Part shown: piece by piece, positions 56,028-64,000 of the stretch
Layout of the letters: the number at the start of each line of letters is the position of its first letter
How positions within the stretch are numbered: the first letter of the stretch is position 1
Origin: an uncultured Solirubrobacterales bacterium
GTDB taxonomy: Bacteria > Actinomycetota > Thermoleophilia > Solirubrobacterales > Solirubrobacteraceae
Reading direction: 5' to 3'
Length of the DNA stretch: 64,000 nt
NCBI GenBank assembly: GCA_963737535.1
Contig: CAVTTU010000033.1
Coordinates: 44,521 to 108,520 of the forward strand
The notes under the pieces: model-generated
What the model was told of the DNA's origin: nothing
Seen by the model: only the letters and a program-made list of their open reading frames with translations
Databases searched by the model: none
Position numbers and translations under genes: made by a program

Positions 56028-58611
56028 GTGACCGAGGAGCTCTTTCTGATCGACGGCAACAGCCTGGCCTACCGGGCCTTCTTCGCCTTGCCCGAGTCGA
56101 TCGCGACGTCCACCGGTGTGCCGACCAATGCGATTTTCGGCTTCGCCTCGATGCTGGTGAAGATCCTCACCGACTACGGCCCGAAGGCCACCGTCGTCGT
56201 GTGGGACGCGGGCGACACCGGGCGCAAGGAGATCTACGCCGAGTACAAGGCGCAGCGGTCGAGCCGACCCGACCTGCTGAAGGAACAGTGGCCGGCGCTG
56301 GCGCCGCTCGTCGAGGCGTTCGGCTACCGCAACCTGTCGGTCAAGGGTTACGAGGCCGATGACGTGATCGCCTCGATCGTCGAGACCGCCCGCCATCACG
56401 AACCGCCGATCCCGGTGATGGTGGTGACCGGCGACCGCGACGCCTACCAGCTCGTCGACAACGGCACGGTGCGGATCATGACCACCAGCCGGGGAATCAC
56501 CGACACCCGCGTGTATGACCGCGAGGGGGTCGTCGATCGCTACGGGATCCCGCCCGAGCTGATCCCGGACTTCATCGGGCTCAAGGGCGACACGAGCGAC
56601 AACATCCCCGGCGTCCCGGGCATCGGTGACAAGACCGCGGCCGAGTTGCTGCAGCGCTTCGGCTCCCTGGAGAGCGTCCTGGCCAGCATCGACGACATCA
56701 GCGGGGCCAAGCGCAAACAGAACCTGACCGAGCACGCTGACGCCGCGCGCGTCTCCAAGCAGCTGGCCACGGCCAAGCGCGACGTGCCGCTCGAGCATGG
56801 ATCTGGGCGAGTTCGTCTCCGCAGCGCCCGACCGCTCACAGCTGCGCGACACGTTCCGCCGCTACGAGCTGCGCGAGCCGTTGCGCCGCCTCGAGGAGGC
56901 ACTCGGCTCCGCCGATGCGGCGGCTCCCGCCCCCGTGGCCGAGACGTCGGTCGGTGCGCGGCTCAGGGAGGCCAAGATCGAAGACGTCGGGCGGCTAACC
57001 AATGCCGAGGTGGCGGTGGCCGTGCGAGCGCCGGAGGCCCCGGAGGGCGCGCTGTTTGCCGCCGAGTCGGAGTGGCGCTTCGGCGTCTATCAGGGCGGCG
57101 CCAACGTGCTGGCGGGTGCCTGCAGCCGGCCCGAGGAGCTGGTCGCCGCCGTCGGGGAGCCGCCCCGTCACCGCCCATGACGCTAAGGCGCTCGGCGACG
57201 TCCCTGCGACGCTGGCTCACGACACCGAGGTGGCGGCGTACCTCCTCGAGCCGGCCCGCCGCGGCTATCCGTTCCGCGAGCTGTGCGAGGAGCGGGGCCT
57301 GGCCTCATCGCTGGATGACCCCACCGCCGCCGACGCCACCCTGGTCCACGCGCTGACGGCCTGGCAGCGGGAGGAGATCCGCGGCCGAGGCCTCACCGAC
57401 CTGCTCAACCAGGTCGAGTTGCCGCTCGTCAGGGTGCTGCGCAAGATGGAGAAGGCCGGACTCAAGCTCGACACCGGTCTGCTGGCCGAGATCTCCACCC
57501 GGGTCAAGGCGGAGGCCGACGCGCTCGAACGCGAGATCTTTGAGCTCGCCGGGCGAGGAGTTCACGATCGGCTCTCCCAAGCAGCTCGAGGAGATCCTGT
57601 TCGGCAAGCTTGGCCTCAGCCGCAAGCGCCGGGGCAAGACCGGCTACTCGACCGACGCCCGGGTGCTGCAGGCGATCCGCCATGAGCACCCGATCATCGA
57701 AAAGATCGAGCGCTTCCGGGAGCTGACCAAGCTCGCCCAGACATATCTCGACGCGCTTCCGCGAGTACATCGGCGAGGACGGCCGTCTGCACACGACGTT
57801 CAGCCAGACGACAGCCACCACGGGCCGGCTGTCGTCCAACAATCCGAATCTGCAGAACGTCCCGATCCGCACCGAGCTCGGGCGCGAGATCAGGTCGTGC
57901 TTCGTGGCCGAACCGGGCAATGTCCTGGTATCGGCCGACTACTCGCAGGTCGAGCTGAGGCTGCTGGCCCACATCGCCGGCGAGGATGTGCTCAAGGAGA
58001 TCTTCCGGCGCGGCGAGGACGTCCACACCGCCACGGCCTGTCGCGTGTTTAACGTGACGCCGGATCAGATCGATCCGGGGATGCGATCGAAATCGAAGAT
58101 GATCAACTACGGAATCGTCTACGGGCTGTCGGCCTACGGAATGGCCGATCGCCTCGACATCCCCCAGGCCGAGGCCGACGAGTTCATCCAGCGCTACCTG
58201 GCCGGCTTCCCCGCTGTCGGTCGCTGGATCGAGGAGACGATCGAGCAGGGAACCGAGCACGGTTATGTCTCGACGCTGTTCGGCCGCCGCCGCCAGGTGC
58301 CCGAGCTCCGCGCCCGCCGGTGGGAGCTACGCAAGCAGGGCGAGCGGTTCGCGGTGAACATGGTGATCCAGGGCACCGCGGCCGACATCATGAAGGTGGC
58401 GATGGTGGAGTGCGATCGCGCGCTCGGCGAAGCCGGACTCCTGACCCGGCTGATCCTCCAGATCCACGATGAGCTGCTGTTCGAGGGCCCGTCTGATGAG
58501 GCCGAGGCCGTCAAGCAGATCGCCACCGAGCGAATGGCCGCCGCCTTCGCGATGGATCCGCCGCTGGCCGTGGACGTCGGAATCGGACCGGACTGGCTGG
58601 CCGCGAAGTGA
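56028..58611 (+). CDS. polA: DNA polymerase I; apparent frameshifts at ~56795, ~57160, ~57550 and ~57765
   Basis: LIDGNSLAYRAFFA, EADD, GDTSDNIPGVPGIG, TGRLSS.NPNLQN, ADYSQVELR, QGTAAD and QIHDEL motifs. Confidence 0.95.
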
Positions 58612-59830
58612 GGTTGCGGTCGCGCTCGTCTGCGCCGCCTTCATGTTGGCTCCGGCGGCGCAGGCCAAGCACTGGCTCGGGGGAGTCGTGCCGGACGTGG
58701 CGGCATCCGATGTCCCAACCGGCAGCAACGCGCTCGCGACGCCCCGGGCCGGCATCGCCAACCTGTCCTACCAGGGTGGCCCCGTGCTCCACAGCAACCG
58801 GACTCACGTGGTGTTCTGGCAGCCGGCGGGATCGGGTCTCACGTTCGACCGGGGCTACGAGGCGCTGGTCAAGCGGTTCCTCAACGACGTGGCCGCGGAC
58901 AGCCATAGGACGACCAACGTGTACTCGATCAGCGGCCAGTATCGAGACGGCCAGGGGCCGGCCGCGTACGCATCGACGTTCGGCGGGGCGGTCGTGGCCA
59001 AAGACCGCCTTCCCCGGGTGAACAGTTGTGCGGAGCCGCAGACGGCACCCCACTGGACCCACTGCGTCGATGACCAGCAGATCGAGAACGAGATCAGTCG
59101 CGTGGTCAGGACCCACCACCTGCCCGGCACCAGCCGCGACATCTACTTCCTCCTCACCCCGCGCGGGCTCGGAAGCTGCGAGTTCACCGGGCCTGACGAC
59201 TGCTCGCTCGGTGGCACGACTCCGGGCAGCTACTGCGGCTATCACTCCTCCACGCCCGACGGGCTGCTCTATGCCGTACTGCCGTATAACGCCCTTGCCG
59301 GCCACTGCCAGTCGGAGAACGCACGCCCCAACGGCAGTGCGGCCGACCCGACGATCTCGACACTCAGCCACGAGCACAACGAGACCGTCACCGACCCGTT
59401 CGGTACCGCCTGGATCGACGGCAACTCAGAGGAGGAAGCCGACCTCTGCCTCACCGATTTCGGCTATCCGCTCGGCGGCAGCGGTGATGGCACCTACGAC
59501 GAGACGATCAACGACCACCACTACTACCTCCAGGAGGAGTGGAGCAACCGGCAGCGGTCGTGCCAGCCGCGAGCACGGCCGATCCACGCCTCGATCGCCG
59601 CCCCCACCCGGGTGCGCGCCGGCGCGGCGATCAGATTCACCGGCCGCGGTTCCGACCCGAACGCGCGCGTCACCTCCTATACGTGGTTCTTCGGCAAACA
59701 CCACACTGGCCACGGACGGCGACCCAAACACGCGTTCAGGCGGCCCGGGCTCTACCGCGTGGTGCTGCGCACAAGCGACCGTGACGCACTGTGGGCGTTC
59801 GCGGCTCGGAAGATCCGGATTCGGCGATAG
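58608..59830 (+). CDS. Secreted Phi-1/EXORDIUM-like protein with C-terminal PKD domain
   Basis: Signal peptide; LSYQGGPVL, YCGYH, HEHNETVTDP, EEADLC and YYLQEEWSN motifs; PKD-like SDP...SYTWFFG...HAF..PG.Y.V.L. Confidence 0.7.
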
Positions 59831-59869
59831 CCACCCCACGGGCCGCGCGGGCGAAGCCCGGCGCGGCCT

Positions 59870-60988
59870 TTACACCACGGCCAGCGCCGGCGTGCGGCCC
59901 GAGGCGACGAAGTCCGGATGAGCGATCCCCAGATAGTGGCCGAACGACCAGTCGATGAACCGCTTCGGTTCCATCGTCCGGAGGGCCTGGGCGAGCAGGC
60001 GCGGAGCCACGCGAGGCACCAGGCGCTGGACCTTCAGCAACCAGTGGAAGGGCCGCGAATGGCTGGCCGAGAATGCGTGGTAGCGCGCCAGCGCCTGGGC
60101 CTGCGACTGGTGACCGTCGACGACGGCTCGGAGCTCGCGCCCGCAGGCCAGGCCGAAGTACAGTGCCGTGCGGATTCCCTCGGCCGTCAGGGGCAGGCAG
60201 TGCCCGGCCGAGTCCCCGGCGAAGAACACGCCGTCCTCGGTGGCATCGCGCAGCGCGTGGGGAATCCAGTTGCCCTGATAGCGCACGCGGTCGGCGGCCA
60301 GGTCGCGAGCCAGCCGTTCGGTCGGCTCGCGAACGTGAAAGCGGGGGTCAAACGACCCGACGCCGATCCGCAGCTCGCCATCGGCGGGGAAGCTCCAGCC
60401 GTATCCGGCCGGGACATAGGAGCGGTCTATCCAAACCTCGAGGTCGCGGCCCGAGCCGAACGGATGAACCTCGAGTCCGCGCGACAGGAGCGCATCGGGC
60501 GGCTGGATGTTCGCGCCCGCGCCGAGCAGCCGGCGCCACCCGAGGGCATCGACGATCAGCGGAGCCCGGATCTCCCCGCGGTCCGTGCGGACGGTGTTTG
60601 CGGTCCGGCCGTCGACCTTTGCCGTCTCGAACTCGAACGAGCCCTGGCCGGCCAGCAGCCCGCACAAAGTGCGGTAGTCAAAGGTCGAGAACGTCCACGG
60701 AAGGTCGTAATTGACCGTCGTGTACGGAGTGTGGATGACCAGTTCGCCGAACTCCTGTTGAGCGGCTTCGTGCAGCCCCATCGCCCCCAGCCAGGCGGTC
60801 GGAATTCCACACGCCGACGTCTGTCGTTCGCCGATCTCGTAGCGGTCGATGAGCAGCACATCGGCGCCGCTGCCGGCGAGCTCGCGGGCCGCGGCCAGGC
60901 CGGCAAAGCTGGCGCCACAGATCAAGACGTCGCAGTCTCGTTGCAGCGCAGTCCGCTCTTCGCCGCGCTTCGTTGCTCGCCTGGGCAT
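59870..60988 (-). CDS. Geranylgeranyl-reductase-like FAD-dependent oxidoreductase
   Basis: DVLICGASFAG, SACG, GYGWSFP, RIGVG and AGDSAG..PLTAEGI motifs. Confidence 0.8.
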   Translation of the reverse strand: MPRRATKRGEERTALQRDCDVLICGASFAGLAAARELAGSGADVLLIDRYEIGERQTSACGIPTAWLGAMGLHEAAQQEFGELVIHTPYTTVNYDLPWTFSTFDYRTLCGLLAGQGSFEFETAKVDGRTANTVRTDRGEIRAPLIVDALGWRRLLGAGANIQPPDALLSRGLEVHPFGSGRDLEVWIDRSYVPAGYGWSFPADGELRIGVGSFDPRFHVREPTERLARDLAADRVRYQGNWIPHALRDATEDGVFFAGDSAGHCLPLTAEGIRTALYFGLACGRELRAVVDGHQSQAQALARYHAFSASHSRPFHWLLKVQRLVPRVAPRLLAQALRTMEPKRFIDWSFGHYLGIAHPDFVASGRTPALAVV

Positions 60989-61047
60989 GAAGATTTGATG
61001 ATACGGAGGGCCCGCAAGGCAATACCCGGCTATCCTCCGACGAACTC

Positions 61048-62599
61048 ATGTCTTCAACAACAACCCTGACGCCCCCCGATCAATCGAATGCAAAGGTCGT
61101 AGAAGGCTCCAACGGCCTATTGCTCGAGATCGACGGCAAGATCGTTCCCAACTACGACGCCACGCTCCATCCCTTCCAGGAAGGAGATGTCGTCACCGGC
61201 CACGTCGTCCGGATCGACAACGACGAGGTGCTGGTCGATATCGGCTACAAGTCCGAGGGGGTAATCCCCTCCAGCGAGCTGTCGATTCGCAAATCGGTCG
61301 ACCCCGGCGACGAGGTCAGCCTCGGCGAGGAGGTCGACGCGCTGGTCCTGACCAAGGAGGACCAGGACGGCCGCCTGATCCTGTCCAAGAAGCGCGCCCG
61401 TTTCGAGAAGGCGTGGCGCCGGATCGAGAGCGCAGCGGAATCCGGAGAGCCGGTTGAGGGGACGGTGATCGAGGTCGTCAAGGGCGGGCTGATCATCGAC
61501 CTTGGAGTGCGCGGCTTCCTGCCCGCCTCCCTGGTCGACATCCGTCGCGTCCCCAACCTCGACGACTACATGGGCCAGGCGATCGAGTGCAAGGTGATTG
61601 AGCTGAACCGGTCGCGCAACAACGTGGTTCTCTCCCGCCGCGCCGTGCTCGAGGAGCAGCGTAAGGAGGACCGCGAGCGGATCCTCGACCGGCTCCAGCC
61701 CGGCCAGGTGGTCGAGGGCACGATCTCCAACATTGTCGACTTCGGCGCCTTTGTCGATCTCGACGGGATCGATGGCCTTATCCATATCTCGGAACTCTCT
61801 TGGTCGCACGTTAACCACCCGTCGGAGATCCTCTCCATCGGTGACACGGTCAGCGTCAAGGTGCTCGATATCGATCGCGACCGCCAGCGGATCTCGCTGG
61901 GGCTCAAGCAGACCCAGGAGGACCCGTGGCAGCGCGTGGTCGACACCTACAACATCGGCGACGAGCTCGAGGGCGTGGTCACCAAGGTGGTCACCTTCGG
62001 TGCCTTCGTGGAGATCCTCGACGGGGTCGAGGGCCTGGTCCACATCTCCGAGCTGGCCCAGCATCACGTCGAGAATCCGCGCGAGATCATCCAGCCCGGC
62101 GATCCGGTGCGGGTCAAGATCCTGGAGATCGACTCCGAACGGCGTCGCCTGTCGTTGTCGATCAAGCGGGTCGAGGGCCAGGTGCTGCCCGTGCGTCCAA
62201 TCGTCCCGCCGGCCGAGGGTGACGCGACCGACCTCGACGACGTGCCCGAGCTCGGCCTGTCCGAGGACGTGTTCGCGGCCAGCGATGACACGACGTCCCT
62301 CGAGGAAGCCGACGCGAGCGCTATGGCCGAGGCCGAGCCCGCAGCGGATGCCTCCACTGAGGCGGCTCCTGTCGCGGATGTCTCCGCTGAGGCGGCTCCT
62401 GTCGCCGGATGTCTCCGCTGAGGCGGCTCCTGTCGCGGATGTCTCCGCTGAGGCGGCTCCTGTCGCGGATGTCTCCGCCGAGGCGGCTCCGGCGGCCGAT
62501 GCCTCCGCCGACTCGGAGCCCGACGTTCAGGACCCCAACCAAGACGCGGCTACCGAGCCCGTGGCCGAGCCGGCGCAGCCGGAGGACACCGAAGCCTGA
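61048..62599 (+). CDS. rpsA: 30S ribosomal protein S1; apparent frameshift at ~62405 within the acidic tail
   Basis: Four S1 domains (DIGYKSEG, FGAFVDL.G.DGL.H.SELSW); actinobacterial-type length. Confidence 0.97.
62344..62512 (+). repeat. 30-bp coding tandem repeat (ADVSAEAAPV) x~5.5 in the S1 tail
   Basis: Unit gcggatgtctccgctgaggcggctcctgtc; the third copy has an extra C. Confidence 0.9.
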
Positions 62600-63186
62600 A
62601 GATCCCGTTCATCGGGCTGACGGGCGGGATCGCGGCCGGAAAATCGACTGCCCTTCAAGCGCTCGAGCGGCTCGGCGCTGCGGTGCTCTCGACCGATCAG
62701 GTAGTCCATGATCTCTACGACGACGACGAGGTCCGAGCGGCGGTGAGTAGGCGGTTCGGATCCGAGGTCGCGCCGGGCGGCGTCGTCGATCGCCCGGCGC
62801 TGGCGCGACGCGCCTTCGCCACCCCCGAGGACCGCGCGTGGCTGGAGGGCCTCCTGTGGCCGCGGGTCGGGGCCAAGATTGCCGCATGGCGCGACGAGCT
62901 CGAGACGCGGCGGCCGATTCCTTGCGCCGCGGTGGTCGAGGTGCCGTTACTGTTCGAGGCTGGCATGGAAGGCGCGTTTGATGCCACCGTGGCCATCGTC
63001 GCCGACGAACAGCTGCGATCCGATCGGGCAGGCGCGCGAGGCCACCACGCGCTTGAAGAACGGTCAGCGCGGCAATTATCTCAGCAGGATAAAGCCATGC
63101 GGGCAACCTACGCAGTTGTCAACGACGGGACGGTGGAGCAGCTTGAGGACAAGCTGTCGGACGTCCTTGAGAACCTAGAGCCTTGA
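62596..63186 (+). CDS. coaE: Dephospho-CoA kinase, probable CTG start
   Basis: IGLTGGIAAGKST is encoded upstream of the listed ORF; VDR.AL...F, EVPLLFE and RQL motifs. Confidence 0.9.
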   Translation: MKIPFIGLTGGIAAGKSTALQALERLGAAVLSTDQVVHDLYDDDEVRAAVSRRFGSEVAPGGVVDRPALARRAFATPEDRAWLEGLLWPRVGAKIAAWRDELETRRPIPCAAVVEVPLLFEAGMEGAFDATVAIVADEQLRSDRAGARGHHALEERSARQLSQQDKAMRATYAVVNDGTVEQLEDKLSDVLENLEP

Positions 63187-63839
63187 GTCCGCCCGCCGCC
63201 ACCGTCTCGCAGCGCCGCGACTCCGCTCGCCGGGCGGCCCAGCGCAGGAGGACCGCCGTGCGCCGGCGGCGTTCGGTTCTGCTCCTGGCGCTCGTGGGCC
63301 TGGTCGTGGTCGCCGTGGTGCTGGCCATGCCGTTGTTCCGCAAGGCCGTGACCGAGTTCACCCTGCCGCTGACCAATGCCGATGTGATCCGCCAGCAGGC
63401 GGCCGAGAAGCACCTCGATCCCGCGCTCATCGCCGGCGTCATCTACGCCGAGACCAAGTTCGACCCGCGCCCGTCGTCGGCCGGAGCCGAGGGCCTGATG
63501 CAGATCCTGCCCGCCACGGCGGAGTTCCTCGCCCACCGTTCCGGGGCGACCACGTTCAGGGTGTCCGACCTGGCCAAGCCGCAGGTAAATATCGCCTACG
63601 GGAGCTACTACCTGCGCTACCTGCTCGGTCGGTACGGGGGCGACACGATGCTAGCCCTGGCGGCCTACAATGCCGGCGAGTCCAACGTTGATCGCTGGCT
63701 GGCGCAGGCACGGGCCCGCCACCGGAAGCTGACCGTGGCGCGCATACCGTTTCCGGAGACGCGCGATTACGTCACCAGGGTCGTGCACGCCCAGCACGAT
63801 TACCGCCAGTCGTACGCCAGCGAGCTCGGTTACCACTAG
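63183..63839 (+). CDS. Lytic transglycosylase (SLT domain), membrane-anchored
   Basis: IYAET.F, SSAGAEGLMQI, AAYNAG and ETRDYV motifs. Confidence 0.9.
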   Translation: MSPPAATVSQRRDSARRAAQRRRTAVRRRRSVLLLALVGLVVVAVVLAMPLFRKAVTEFTLPLTNADVIRQQAAEKHLDPALIAGVIYAETKFDPRPSSAGAEGLMQILPATAEFLAHRSGATTFRVSDLAKPQVNIAYGSYYLRYLLGRYGGDTMLALAAYNAGESNVDRWLAQARARHRKLTVARIPFPETRDYVTRVVHAQHDYRQSYASELGYH

Positions 63840-63850
63840 GGCGCGCGCGC

Positions 63851-64000
63851 TCAGGCGGTCCCGAAGCGCTGGAGCTGCTTGCGGGTGAGCTGCTTGGCGG
63901 CGATCCCGACCTCCTGGACGATCCGCGCGCGCACCTTCAGTACCTGGCCGCGGGCGAGATAGAAATCGCCGTAGTGCGTGTGGATCGCCCGCCCGAGCTT
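63851..64000 (-). CDS. C-terminal fragment of an unknown protein (runs off the window)
   Basis: Open GC3-biased frame KLGRAIHTHYGDFYLARGQVLKVRARIVQEVGIAAKQLTRKQLQRFGTA*. Confidence 0.55.
   Translation of the reverse strand, partial: KLGRAIHTHYGDFYLARGQVLKVRARIVQEVGIAAKQLTRKQLQRFGTA

Overview
High-GC (~70%) chromosomal segment, most likely from a Solirubrobacterales/Thermoleophilia-type actinobacterium (inferred from gene order and protein style). It is mostly housekeeping: obgE-proBA-nadD-rsfS, tRNA-Ala(GGC), leuS, holA, rpsT, murJ, lepA, hrcA-dnaJ-prmA-mtaB-yqeY-phoH-ybeY-era, hisIE-trpEGDC-(htrA-like)-trpFBA, a Liv-type ABC transporter with three tandem binding proteins, polA, rpsA-coaE-slt. 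Secreted and accessory genes are interspersed: CocE/NonD hydrolase, S1 protease, beta-helix protein, CBS-PPase, P450, AIM24, MocR and ArsR/SRPBCC modules, a Phi-1-like/PKD protein. Many genes, including essential ones, carry single-base indels that look like long-read consensus errors; these produce the apparent MurJ-LepA and MocR-ArsR fusions in the ORF track. No integrase, transposase, CRISPR array or defence island was seen. The most interesting signals are: (1) a dispersed family of long, nested-palindrome intergenic elements (30.3 kb and 44.7 kb, with a related hairpin at 10.5 kb) showing compensatory changes; (2) a coiled-coil protein ending in an FtsZ-tail-like peptide; (3) a symmetric 15-bp divergent start-codon/-10 arrangement between the SDR gene and obgE; (4) an HtrA homologue with Ala at the catalytic Ser position inside the trp cluster; (5) a probable CTG-initiated coaE. 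All family assignments come from recognising motifs by eye; no database searches were run.
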